From: a virus
Strand: one strand, 5' to 3'
Virus record (IMG/VR): IMGVR_UViG_3300031787_000005
DNA length: 64,000 nucleotides
Both the position numbers and the translations under genes were made by a program. Position 1 is the stretch's first letter, and each line of letters opens with the position of its first letter. The notes under the pieces are model-generated. The model was not told the DNA's origin. It did not search any database and saw only the letters and a program-made list of their open reading frames with translations. Below, piece by piece: positions 22,145 through 30,060 of the stretch.

Positions 22145-22312
22145 GATAAAAAAGGAAAGTGTACGGGTGGCAGTCTTTAAAGGCGCTGCCATTCCTGGGG
22201 GATTAAAACTTAGGGGTCAGAACCTTAAAGATAACGACCTTACGATTGAAGGGGTGGAGAGTGTAGTTTAGGAGGCGGAGCATTTGTGAAAAGAAAGGGG
22301 TGGACAGAAAGT

Positions 22313-22630
22313 TCAGTTCAGACGCATTCCAGAAAAGAAAGGAATTGTGCCGAACTGAGAGGAAGAAAAGAACCAATCAAAGTTCTTTTGAAATACACGT
22401 TCGTCACCAATTCCGTGTGCAGAAAGAATAGCATTCAGACGGGATTTGGTGGTGTTGGTTTGATGTCCACCATCGAAAAGTTCAATCCAAGTCTCACCAA
22501 TTCGGGCGATCAGATTGCCGTGCAGAAAGACATCAGTAACGTTAGAACATGAGATGACTTCAGTGTTTGCCAGTTTGAAATCTTTGCCAGCGGTGATAGC
22601 GGCATTCATCAGACGTTCGATCTTACGCAT
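22313..22630 (-). CDS. Hypothetical early protein
   Basis: 105 aa, MRKIERLMNAAI..LHGNLIA..TTKSRLNAIL. Confidence 0.75.
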   Translation of the reverse strand: MRKIERLMNAAITAGKDFKLANTEVISCSNVTDVFLHGNLIARIGETWIELFDGGHQTNTTKSRLNAILSAHGIGDERVFQKNFDWFFSSSQFGTIPFFSGMRLN

Positions 22631-22659
22631 GGTTGGGGTCGGTTGGTTGACTTGAGAGA

Positions 22660-22719
22660 ATAGTAGAACGGATGGGGGGTGGAATCAACTCCCCATGTGA
22701 CACTTCGGGGACTGTCACA
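22660..22719 (-). promoter_or_regulatory. Promoter cassette 3
   Basis: TACTAT; TGGGGGGT/ACTCCCCA hairpin; dyad TGTGACACTT-CGGG-GACTGTCACA. Confidence 0.75.
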
Positions 22720-22876
22720 TCCCGTCAGTGTAGTCTCCGATGATCATGCCATTCTGGCGGACCTGGGCGTACCCGTACTCTTCAGAGAGGGAGAGGCACA
22801 GATCCCAGGCACGATCCTCATCGGTGGTGGTGTTCTCCCAGGGAGCGGAGGGGCAGATCACGTCCAGGCGTTGCAT
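22715..22876 (-). CDS. Hypothetical 53-aa protein
   Basis: Manual translation MQRLDVICPSAPWENTTTDEDRAWDLCLSLSEEYGYAQVRQNGMIIGDYTDGM. Confidence 0.7.
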   Translation of the reverse strand: MQRLDVICPSAPWENTTTDEDRAWDLCLSLSEEYGYAQVRQNGMIIGDYTDGM

Positions 22877-22900
22877 CGTTTCGGTTCGGTTGATGGAATC

Positions 22901-22960
22901 AGTCTACAGGGTCAGTCCCTGATGATGTCGGCGGTGAGTGCCAGTGCGTCAGCTGTCACA
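22901..22960 (-). promoter_or_regulatory. Promoter cassette 4
   Basis: TAGACT; dyad AGTGCCAGTG-CGTC-AGCTGTCACA. Confidence 0.65.
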
Positions 22961-23030
22961 TGGCGGAGCGGTTGCAGGGGGTGCCAGAATATTGTCACCA
23001 GGGCAACCGCTAAGATTGCTTTCCCCAAGG

Positions 23031-23219
23031 TCACAGAATGACGGGGGCAAAAGGTTTGTGAAGGATGCCATAATCTTCGATGGATTGATCTAAGATAGCA
23101 TCGATTGCTTCGTTGATACGCTTCCAGGAATTGATCGGAGCGACAACATCCTGGCAGGTTTTTTTCCAGGATCCGTTAACTTTAACCACAACAGACTTAG
23201 TGAGAGTTTGTTTGATCAT
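23031..23219 (-). CDS. Hypothetical protein
   Basis: MIKQTLTKSVVVKVNGSWKK..., ATG 23219. Confidence 0.55.
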   Translation of the reverse strand: MIKQTLTKSVVVKVNGSWKKTCQDVVAPINSWKRINEAIDAILDQSIEDYGILHKPFAPVIL

Positions 23220-23259
23220 GGTTTGAAGGCGGTGGGGGGCGTCTCTCCCCCCGATGAAC

Positions 23260-23321
23260 ATAGTATGGCACCCCACAGGGGTCAGATCAATAGGGTGTGT
23301 GCCAGTTCCTCAACTGGCACA
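23260..23321 (-). promoter_or_regulatory. Promoter cassette 5 (perfect dyad)
   Basis: TACTAT; ACCCC/GGGGT hairpin; GTGTGCCAGTT-CCTC-AACTGGCACAC. Confidence 0.8.
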
Positions 23322-24206
23322 CTGAAAGCGTCCGTTGTTGAAGTTAGCGTTAGAAAAGACCTCACGATTGACCAACTTAAACATACCGAACTGGTTGGTC
23401 ATCACATAACCCTCAGCATCGATTCTGTTGCCGTAGAGGTATGCTGCAGGACCACCATTGCGGCAGAGATAGAGGCAGTCATCTTTGATCGACTTCACCA
23501 ATGCCCACAGACGCAGCAGGTTAGCATCACAATCGAAGTCGTCGGGGTTGATCCCATCACCAGCACGAATGCAGGCGTTGATCTGCTGTTTGATCTTTGC
23601 CGCTTCCTTATCAGTTACAAACTCACAGGCAGTTGACATTTGACGGGCAAAGTCACAAACTTCCTTTACATCAGCAAACGATTCTTGATTGTAAAGAATG
23701 TACGTGTTGGGTTTCACAAACAGGCACGAATCGGTGCTGATCAGATCACCCTCAAGCGGGTGAGCGATAGCATCACGCAGATCAGAATCTGCAGTGTAGA
23801 AGGTATGCGGAGCGATGATGATTTGCTCCTGAATCACCTCAGGGAATTGGTAAGTGATTGTATTAGGAGTGTACTCACAATCACCACCGAAACCAATAAA
23901 ATCGCCTTGAAAGATACCATCTGCACGAGGCAACCAATCAAGACAAGCGTGCAGAATGTTTGCAACCTGCCCTGCATGATTCTGATCGATTTCATCATGA
24001 GAATGATTGATCTTGATTTTAACTTTGTTGAACACAGATTTGGTGCCAACGAAGAACTTACCATTGGCGGGATTGATACCCCAAACGATGGCAGGTGCGC
24101 CGTCAATCTTAACACTCATGGTGCCAGGATTCACGAACCAATCCAGAACAGAAAGATCACCCGTCAGGATGGTATCTTCGGGGTGTTCGAGGTGTGTGTT
24201 TTTCAT
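23310..24206 (-). CDS. Putative ATP-dependent ligase/nucleotidyltransferase (DUF6267-like)
   Basis: MKNTHLEHPED; motif I SVKIDGAP, III IFQGD, IV AEGYV, V FKLVNR. Confidence 0.6.
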   Translation of the reverse strand: MKNTHLEHPEDTILTGDLSVLDWFVNPGTMSVKIDGAPAIVWGINPANGKFFVGTKSVFNKVKIKINHSHDEIDQNHAGQVANILHACLDWLPRADGIFQGDFIGFGGDCEYTPNTITYQFPEVIQEQIIIAPHTFYTADSDLRDAIAHPLEGDLISTDSCLFVKPNTYILYNQESFADVKEVCDFARQMSTACEFVTDKEAAKIKQQINACIRAGDGINPDDFDCDANLLRLWALVKSIKDDCLYLCRNGGPAAYLYGNRIDAEGYVMTNQFGMFKLVNREVFSNANFNNGRFQCAS

Positions 24207-24210
24207 GCTG

Positions 24211-24272
24211 TTAGTATGGCACGGAATCAGAGGGATCACAAGGGGTCTTGTGCCAGTTCCTCAACTGTCACT
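24211..24272 (-). promoter_or_regulatory. Promoter cassette 6
   Basis: TACTAA; dyad TGTGCCAGTT-CCTC-AACTGTCACT. Confidence 0.7.
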
Positions 24273-24441
24273 CCTCCAGCAGTTCAGGATAGTATTCTTC
24301 AACCTCTGCAATCAGTTCCTCATCACTATACCCAGAAAGATTTTCTTCGATCTGGTCACCAACAATACGCATCAAATCTTTGGTGGACATGTTATCAAGG
24401 ATGCGGTCAATGTACGCATCCAGAAGTTCTTGGCGGTTCAT
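24268..24441 (-). CDS. Small acidic hypothetical protein
   Basis: MNRQELLDAYIDRILDNM...; coupled to the upstream stop (ATGA). Confidence 0.65.
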   Translation of the reverse strand: MNRQELLDAYIDRILDNMSTKDLMRIVGDQIEENLSGYSDEELIAEVEEYYPELLEE

Positions 24442-24641
24442 TTCAGAATGTGGCGATAGTTTAGACTTTTGATGCACCAACCATAAGCGGTGGTGATTTC
24501 TTCCACGAGGTCATCTTCATCATCTGCCTCCCAGATTTGACCATAGACTTCACATACAATTTCGTATGCTTCATCTACACTTAATGCTTCATCATCATAA
24601 TCATCAAAATCAAACTCAATGTCGGTGATTTGGAATTGCAT
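24438..24641 (-). CDS. Small acidic hypothetical protein
   Basis: 67 aa, MQFQITDIEFDFDD..WEADDEDDLVEEIT...GWCI. Confidence 0.7.
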   Translation of the reverse strand: MQFQITDIEFDFDDYDDEALSVDEAYEIVCEVYGQIWEADDEDDLVEEITTAYGWCIKSLNYRHILK

Positions 24642-24790
24642 CAGTAGGTCACAAGTGCAGCAACTTTATCATACAACTGGGCAACATTTACACCCACGAT
24701 TTCACTCACTTCATCCCAATCTTCATGGAACTCAATGAGATCCAGAAGGGCACGAATCTCGTCTTGAGTGAGAGAAAGAACTTCAGACAT
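24641..24790 (-). CDS. Hypothetical 49-aa protein
   Basis: Manual translation MSEVLSLTQDEIRALLDLIEFHEDWDEVSEIVGVNVAQLYDKVAALVTY. Confidence 0.65.
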   Translation of the reverse strand: MSEVLSLTQDEIRALLDLIEFHEDWDEVSEIVGVNVAQLYDKVAALVTY

Positions 24791-24792
24791 GT

Positions 24793-24921
24793 TCAGTAAT
24801 CGTAGTTAGCGTTCAGGTACTCATTGACATCGAACTTCTCAGTATCACGAAGTTCGGGAATGTCGAGGTCAAAAATCTCACCAGGCATGTCTTGGATTTC
24901 GGACCAGAGTTCATCAAACAT
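24793..24921 (-). CDS. Small acidic hypothetical protein (42 aa)
   Basis: MFDELWSEIQDMPGEIFDLDIPEL... Confidence 0.65.
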   Translation of the reverse strand: MFDELWSEIQDMPGEIFDLDIPELRDTEKFDVNEYLNANYDY

Positions 24922-24943
24922 TGTGTGTCTCTCAGGAACAAAC

Positions 24944-25005
24944 GTAGTATGGCACGAATCGGGGGGTCTCACAACCCCCCTTGTGCCACTTCTCAAAGTG
25001 ACCCA
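24944..25005 (-). promoter_or_regulatory. Promoter cassette 7
   Basis: TACTAC; GGGGGGT/ACCCCCC hairpin; dyad TGTGCCACTT-CTCA-AAGTGACCCA. Confidence 0.65.
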
Positions 25006-25178
25006 TTCTCGTCCAGAATGCCCCAATTAATAGAATTACCGTAGAACCCAATGTATACACGACCAATTGAGAATCCGATGATTTCTTCACACTCATCGTT
25101 CAACTTGGTCATCATATCACGAAAGTCAATGTTGAAGTAGAAGTAATCAGAAATCGCAACAGGAGTGGTGAATTTCAT
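24993..25178 (-). CDS. Hypothetical protein
   Basis: MKFTTPVAISDYFYFNIDF..., ATG 25178. Confidence 0.55.
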   Translation of the reverse strand: MKFTTPVAISDYFYFNIDFRDMMTKLNDECEEIIGFSIGRVYIGFYGNSINWGILDENGSL

Positions 25179-25201
25179 GAGTGTTTCAGGTGAACGAATG
25201 T

Positions 25202-25261
25202 AATGTAGAACGGATCGGGGAGAATGTCTAGGGGGTTTGTGCCAGTTCCCCGACTGGCACA
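25202..25261 (-). promoter_or_regulatory. Promoter cassette 8
   Basis: TACATT; dyad TGTGCCAGTT-CCCC-GACTGGCACA. Confidence 0.7.
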
Positions 25262-25269
25262 CGAGTTAA

Positions 25270-25404
25270 CTATACAAACTCCGCAAGGTAATAGTCTAAC
25301 GGCAGCTCAAGTTCTGCTGCTTTCTGTTCCCAAGAATCCCATTCTTGCTGGGAAGCATCATTCAGGAAATCTTCCCGAGTATACTCAAATGCAGGACCAC
25401 ACAT
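25270..25404 (-). CDS. Hypothetical 44-aa protein ending AAELELPLDYYLAEFV
   Basis: ATG 25404; C-terminal motif shared with ORF 30487-30720. Confidence 0.6.
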   Translation of the reverse strand: MCGPAFEYTREDFLNDASQQEWDSWEQKAAELELPLDYYLAEFV

Positions 25405-25406
25405 AA

Positions 25407-25649
25407 TCAGATCACCGAAACGTTGACTTCTTTGATGTTCAAACCACAGAGTTGATTGTATACTCGCTTGCTGATAATGTCGCAAGCATTCTTGAGTTTT
25501 GAACGCTCATACCAAATAGTACACAAACCATCGTAAGTTTCAACGCGGATCCTGATGTCTTTCAAGGTGAATTCCCGACGACGAATGTAGAATATCCCAC
25601 GACGTGGGCAATTGCAACTAGTCTTGTGACAGTTCAAAAAGTGGCACAA
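25407..25649 (-). CDS. Hypothetical protein (true start probably further downstream)
   Basis: IRIRVETYDGLCTIWYERSKLK; the 5' part of the track ORF overlaps cassette 9. Confidence 0.45.
   Translation of the reverse strand: MCHFLNCHKTSCNCPRRGIFYIRRREFTLKDIRIRVETYDGLCTIWYERSKLKNACDIISKRVYNQLCGLNIKEVNVSVI
25584..25648 (-). promoter_or_regulatory. Promoter cassette 9
   Basis: TACATT; CCCAC/GTGGG hairpin; dyad TGTGACAGTT-CAAA-AAGTGGCACA. Confidence 0.65.
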
Positions 25650-25695
25650 GATCGATTGAATTCCGACGATCCACGTGCTAACAGGGAATTATACC

Positions 25696-25749
25696 ATTCT
25701 CAATAAGCGAGACCTTATTGAGAATCAATAATATTATATTATTGAGAAT
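25696..25749. repeat. ATTCTCAAT/ATTGAGAAT inverted repeats, cluster 1
   Basis: ATTCTCAATAAG-CGAGAC-CTTATTGAGAAT plus a third copy at 25741. Confidence 0.8.
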
Positions 25750-25773
25750 AAGACCAATCTTTAAACTGGCACA

Positions 25774-25932
25774 TCAGAAGATATCGCTGTAATCTTTGAT
25801 GCTAACATTCACATCTTCATCACCTTCTAGGTGTAGGATCTCACGCCAATTGATATCTTCTAGTTCTAGATCATCATAACACATGAGGTCTAGCGTGATA
25901 CGTACCACGCGCTTTGTATGTGTGTTAGGCAT
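25774..25932 (-). CDS. Hypothetical 52-aa protein
   Basis: Manual translation MPNTHTKRVVRITLDLMCYDDLELEDINWREILHLEGDEDVNVSIKDYSDIF. Confidence 0.65.
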   Translation of the reverse strand: MPNTHTKRVVRITLDLMCYDDLELEDINWREILHLEGDEDVNVSIKDYSDIF

Positions 25933-25962
25933 AAGAATCTCGTGCGTGTTTACTTGATTATA

Positions 25963-26112
25963 TCATGCATAATGACGATATGCAAGCGTTTCGTAATCTT
26001 GCCCATCTCGTGCATAATCCTCGTCGAGATCTGCATCTTGTGCATAATACTCGTCGAGATCGTATGTGTAATCTGATGCGTATGTATAGTCGAGATCGTA
26101 GTCGTCGTACAT
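25963..26112 (-). CDS. Asp/Tyr-rich 49-aa peptide overlapping the repeat array
   Basis: Manual translation MYDDYDLDYTYASDYTYDLDEYYAQDADLDEDYARDGQDYETLAYRHYA. Confidence 0.5.
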   Translation of the reverse strand: MYDDYDLDYTYASDYTYDLDEYYAQDADLDEDYARDGQDYETLAYRHYA

Positions 26113-26269
26113 AATGCTCGTCGAGATTTGTATGATGCTTATGAATTATAGCATAAAGCTCGACGAGATTGCAAGCCCTTATGATGCACACGTCTCGTCG
26201 AGATTCATAAGAGTATATATGCATTCTCGTCGAGATTTGTTAAGAAATGCTTATAAGTCTCGTCGAGAT
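26020..26269. repeat. Array of 11-bp CTCGTCGAGAT repeats (iteron-like)
   Basis: Exact copies at 26020, 26050, 26117, 26194, 26226 and 26259; variant CTCGACGAGAT at 26159; partial copy near 26087. Confidence 0.85.
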
Positions 26270-26306
26270 TTGTGTGGGTCTCCTGGCATTTTTGCGGCGG
26301 TGGCAC

Positions 26307-26335
26307 TTGACAAACTGCGCGTCTTATGATACGCT
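26307..26335 (+). promoter_or_regulatory. Sigma70-type promoter on the plus strand
   Basis: TTGACA-N17-TACGCT with TGn extended -10; no plus-strand gene follows. Confidence 0.6.
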
Positions 26336-26429
26336 CGCTTAGCTCACAAGACCCAGAGGCATTTATGAGACTTTATAAGCATTTAGAGAGCATAAAGATC
26401 GACCATTTATGAAACCTTTAGAACACCTT

Positions 26430-26482
26430 ATTCTCAACTATATTCTCAATTGATTCTCATTAATTATCACCTTATTGAGAAT
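26430..26482. repeat. ATTCTCAA repeats, cluster 2
   Basis: Direct copies at 26430, 26442 and 26453; inverted CTTATTGAGAAT at 26471. Confidence 0.75.
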
Positions 26483-26536
26483 GTTATAAAACACTAACAT
26501 ATATTTTTTAATACCTTTTTTAATTAAATTTACATT

Positions 26537-26557
26537 AAAAAACCCCTAAAATGGGGT
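26537..26557 (-). terminator. Rho-independent terminator
   Basis: ACCCC-ATTTTA-GGGGT followed by a T-run on minus, just after the 26565 stop. Confidence 0.7.
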
Positions 26558-26564
26558 AATTTGG

Positions 26565-27383
26565 TTAATTTTCGGTATTTTCACTCTTTCTCGGTCTACC
26601 TCTCCGTTTTGGAATAGGATGCTCTTCTTCCACCTCTTCATGGACATTCTCAAGAGTATTCAATGCAATCTCATCAATAATAGAATCAATCAATTGTGCT
26701 GTCTCTGTATCCTCTTCAGTCTGTGATGATTCTTCTTCCTCTAATGTGTCTGGGTCAATACCTTGTGCAATTAGACGTTCTCTTTCCATTTTTCTCCACA
26801 TTACTAATTCGGGAGAATCATCCTGTAGAGCAACATGATCAACAAAACCTACACGTTGCATTTCCTGTTCTGCAACCATTTGACGATGTGCTAATACCTC
26901 TTCCTCAGTATAATTTGGTTCTTCAGGTGTTGGATCAAACTCCCACATTGAACCATTCCAATACCAATACAATGTACGACTATCAGGTTCTGGCATTGTC
27001 CAACTATACTTTGTTCCTAATTCCTTTTGATGTGGGAATCGGGGACGATCAATTTCTGGATCTGGATTCAGGACCTTTTCCTTAACTTGTTCAAATCCAG
27101 ATTCTAACCAATCCTGTTCACTAATTGTCCATTTCTCAATTGGGCATGATTCTAATGAGAACCTTACCTTATAAGCAAGGAAACATCCACAATGACGGCA
27201 ACGTCCTTGTTTACCATCAAAGTAAGGACATTCTCTACAAATATCTAAACGTTGATTTTGAATCTCCTGACTTACAAACAACTTCTCATGTCCATTGGCA
27301 AATGCTTCTTTAATCACTTCAAATGTGAACTTTGCCAGATTCTTACCTTGTTCTCCTAATGAAGGATATTCCTGTTCAGCCAT
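26565..27383 (-). CDS. Cys-rich (DUF6171-like) protein with C-terminal AT-hook
   Basis: RLDICRECPYF..CRHCGCFL..K..SCPIEKW; ends PKRRGRPRKS. Confidence 0.7.
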   Translation of the reverse strand: MAEQEYPSLGEQGKNLAKFTFEVIKEAFANGHEKLFVSQEIQNQRLDICRECPYFDGKQGRCRHCGCFLAYKVRFSLESCPIEKWTISEQDWLESGFEQVKEKVLNPDPEIDRPRFPHQKELGTKYSWTMPEPDSRTLYWYWNGSMWEFDPTPEEPNYTEEEVLAHRQMVAEQEMQRVGFVDHVALQDDSPELVMWRKMERERLIAQGIDPDTLEEEESSQTEEDTETAQLIDSIIDEIALNTLENVHEEVEEEHPIPKRRGRPRKSENTEN

Positions 27384-27425
27384 GTTTTTTGAATAAAAAA
27401 TGCACGTATACTAATTATAACACAA

Positions 27426-28550
27426 TTATTGATAAAGTCCTCTGATATTCGTCGTTGATCCACTGACGGTGTAATTAGCACCAGTAATTGCTCTTCCTGC
27501 AGTTCCACCATTGAATGCATCAGTACCAGCAGAATTAGTACCCCAATCGGCACCATTGGATCCTCTTTGTCCATCAAATCCATTTCCACCATAAGTTGGG
27601 CAACCACCTGGGGATCCTGAATTTGGTCCTTCTGATTGTCCTAATGTCGCAGAATCAGTCCTTGTTAAAGTATAACCCTGACCATTTCCTCCTCCACCTC
27701 CAGCACCACCAGGGGCACCAGGAACTGAGAATACTTGTGGATATGTGCATTGACGATAATAGTAGTAATAAGTCGGTCCTTTGAAATACTGGGCACAAAT
27801 ACCATTATTAATACAACCATTATCGGAAGAGGCACCAGCAGAACATCCAGGGCAATTGTTACAATCTTGTCCAGTGTTCTGATTATAATATGTCGTACAT
27901 TGTCCAGATGATCCTGTTGCTCCTACGGCACCTCTGGATCCACCAGCTCCACCACCCCAGATTCTGGCAGTTCCTCCTACAATGATCTCAACAGGTCCAC
28001 CAGATGGTGAATTCACAAATAGGGCAGGTCCACCATTATTACCTTGTCCACTTCCACTGCTCTTTAATGCACCAGTTCCACCCTGCCCATAGATATTTCC
28101 ATTGACCAGAATCTGTAAATTAAATGCCGTCGCATTGAATGATGCTCCATAGGCACCAGTCGAAACATTACCACAGGTTCCTTCAATGAAGATTCTCTTT
28201 TTAATGTTCTTTGCCAGATTATTATTCCAGTATACCGATGCATCTAAATTAATACCATTCGCAGATGGTGTTCCTGCCGTGTTTTGATCCGTATTTGATT
28301 GAATAATATCATAACGCTTAATCGAATAACGGAATTGCTGTGTCTTCCAGTTTGTTTGTGTCGTTGTAATTGCATCGTTTTCGGTGCAGTTCGGTACGAT
28401 AGGATTGGTATTATTGGTCGGAAGAATTCTCAATAGTTCTGATGCAGAAATCTTCCCAGGATTCGCTGGTTCCTGAAAATTAGTTCTTAATGATGAAAAT
28501 GTAATCGGACCAGATGAATATAATGGTGTTGTTGATATGGCAACTGACAT
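27426..28550 (-). CDS. Glycine-rich tail-fibre-like virion protein
   Basis: GQGGTG/GGGAGG repeats, 7-Cys loop, CTAAATA late-promoter-like site near 28576. Confidence 0.6.
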   Translation of the reverse strand: MSVAISTTPLYSSGPITFSSLRTNFQEPANPGKISASELLRILPTNNTNPIVPNCTENDAITTTQTNWKTQQFRYSIKRYDIIQSNTDQNTAGTPSANGINLDASVYWNNNLAKNIKKRIFIEGTCGNVSTGAYGASFNATAFNLQILVNGNIYGQGGTGALKSSGSGQGNNGGPALFVNSPSGGPVEIIVGGTARIWGGGAGGSRGAVGATGSSGQCTTYYNQNTGQDCNNCPGCSAGASSDNGCINNGICAQYFKGPTYYYYYRQCTYPQVFSVPGAPGGAGGGGGNGQGYTLTRTDSATLGQSEGPNSGSPGGCPTYGGNGFDGQRGSNGADWGTNSAGTDAFNGGTAGRAITGANYTVSGSTTNIRGLYQ

Positions 28551-28574
28551 CGAAATTGAACGCTATTCTTTCTC

Positions 28575-28850
28575 CTATTTAGAATTACTCTTTGTATTTT
28601 CGGTGTAAGGTACCCGTCCGGTCTCCTGATACATTACCATGTCATACTTGAACTTACATTCCATTGGTTTCTGATTACACAACTTAAGAGTCGAATTGAT
28701 CGTTGATTGTGTATAGGCATTCGATCCCAGTGCAAAACTGATCATACCTGTCAGAATGAGTGCAGGATAATACACCAGTTTACTTTTCACTGAAACACTG
28801 GTACGATTTCCGAGTTCAGGTATCCGTTCTTCTGTACGTGTTGTTCCCAT
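28575..28850 (-). CDS. Hypothetical membrane protein
   Basis: 91 aa with the hydrophobic stretch LVYYPALILTGMISFALG. Confidence 0.55.
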   Translation of the reverse strand: MGTTRTEERIPELGNRTSVSVKSKLVYYPALILTGMISFALGSNAYTQSTINSTLKLCNQKPMECKFKYDMVMYQETGRVPYTENTKSNSK

Positions 28851-28862
28851 AATGATGCATCC

Positions 28863-29114
28863 TCAATGTTGTAAAATACTGCTGTTTGTTTTGTTTGTTT
28901 GTCCTTTTTCTGTTTGTAGTAGATAACTTGGTACTTCATAATGATCATTCCAATGTCTTATGACCCCTGCGATAATAAAACAATTAGTAAGAAGATAAGA
29001 AAGGAATATAAAAGTCCGTACACCAGCAATGTAGTCTGCTTCTCTGTCATTTTTCGTCGCCTTCTCCCCTAATGCTTTCGCCCACCATCTCCACATAGAC
29101 TTTCTCTTCTTCAT
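28863..29114 (-). CDS. Hypothetical membrane protein
   Basis: WRWWAKALGEKA..READ.IA.VRTFIF..NCFIIAGVIRHW. Confidence 0.65.
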   Translation of the reverse strand: MKKRKSMWRWWAKALGEKATKNDREADYIAGVRTFIFLSYLLTNCFIIAGVIRHWNDHYEVPSYLLQTEKGQTNKTNSSILQH

Positions 29115-29337
29115 AGACAGATTCCCTTGACTTCACATACGTTAATTCATCCCATTGAGTATGATAGCACAGAACTAATAAACGATTGTTCTTATGAATA
29201 CTACAGGCATTATAGTTCTCTTGTGTTTTAGGTCTTACCCAAGATTCAATCGTGATGTATTGTTGATCTTTAAAATACACCCATCCTTCAATATGATCTT
29301 TCCATAGTACATAATCGTTCACCTGTGGTTCATACAT
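29047..29337 (-). CDS. Hypothetical protein
   Basis: MYEPQVNDYVLW..EGWVYFKD..YITIE. Confidence 0.65.
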   Translation of the reverse strand: MYEPQVNDYVLWKDHIEGWVYFKDQQYITIESWVRPKTQENYNACSIHKNNRLLVLCYHTQWDELTYVKSRESVYEEEKVYVEMVGESIRGEGDEK

Positions 29338-29617
29338 ACGCTGCCTCCAGTGGTGTTTGCTTTGGGACCATTGCAGAATATGGACTGGTCCGTTCTATAC
29401 TAACAACGTTTCCGATCGTGTTGGAATTAACTGGGGCATGATAGGTTCGGGTTTTGGTGTTGTAGAATCCCCAGATAGATCGTACAGGAGTGCCCCCGTT
29501 ATAATCAAACCGAGTGCCATTCCAAATCCAAATAGAAATGACATTTCGTTTGAAGTCTTCATACTCATAACGATAACCTTCGGGTGCCTTGTGTGGGAAT
29601 TCAATAGTCATCACCAT
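29330..29617 (-). CDS. Hypothetical protein
   Basis: EFPHKAPEGYRYE..SIWGFYNTKT..YHAP.NS..TSPYSAM. Confidence 0.7.
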   Translation of the reverse strand: MVMTIEFPHKAPEGYRYEYEDFKRNVISIWIWNGTRFDYNGGTPVRSIWGFYNTKTRTYHAPVNSNTIGNVVSIERTSPYSAMVPKQTPLEAAYV

Positions 29618-29903
29618 ATTCTAATCCAGATTCGGCATTCATCAATTCAACAGTTGTCTGATACCCCTTGGCAATCGTTAGTTCATGAGTCTTTCCGATG
29701 TCCTGTAAGGTTTCAACATCGAACTCTGGTGCAGTGATCCAACTAAAACCTTTGCCAAATGTGTTATCAGGATTAACCACATACCAATGACAAGAAGTGT
29801 CAGGGACGAATACAGAACATTTCTTCCAATCATTGTCCCATTGAGGTACTTGAACAAATGATAGTGCGGCAAACAGAATTGCAAACAGACTTGAGAACAT
29901 CAT
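29601..29903 (-). CDS. Hypothetical secreted/membrane protein
   Basis: Hydrophobic N-terminus; 100 aa. Confidence 0.6.
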   Translation of the reverse strand: MMFSSLFAILFAALSFVQVPQWDNDWKKCSVFVPDTSCHWYVVNPDNTFGKGFSWITAPEFDVETLQDIGKTHELTIAKGYQTTVELMNAESGLEYGDDY

Positions 29904-30058
29904 TCACAAAGATAAACTTTTAGATACTCTGGATTGATACCACCAGAGAGTAGTGTATTTAGAACTTCATCACATTGCTCTTTGGTTAGATTGTCGGCAA
30001 CTGCTTCCCATCCACCAGTGTAGTTTTGAAGAATTTTGTAACGTTTGTCTTCGGTCAT
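29900..30058 (-). CDS. Hypothetical 52-aa protein
   Basis: Manual translation MTEDKRYKILQNYTGGWEAVADNLTKEQCDEVLNTLLSGGINPEYLKVYLCE. Confidence 0.65.
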   Translation of the reverse strand: MTEDKRYKILQNYTGGWEAVADNLTKEQCDEVLNTLLSGGINPEYLKVYLCE

Positions 30059-30060
30059 GA

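Noticed and set aside
26020-26269. CTCGTCGAGAT array as a CRISPR or mini-CRISPR
   Set aside because: Repeats are only 11 bp, intervening sequences are partly similar to each other, and no cas genes are present
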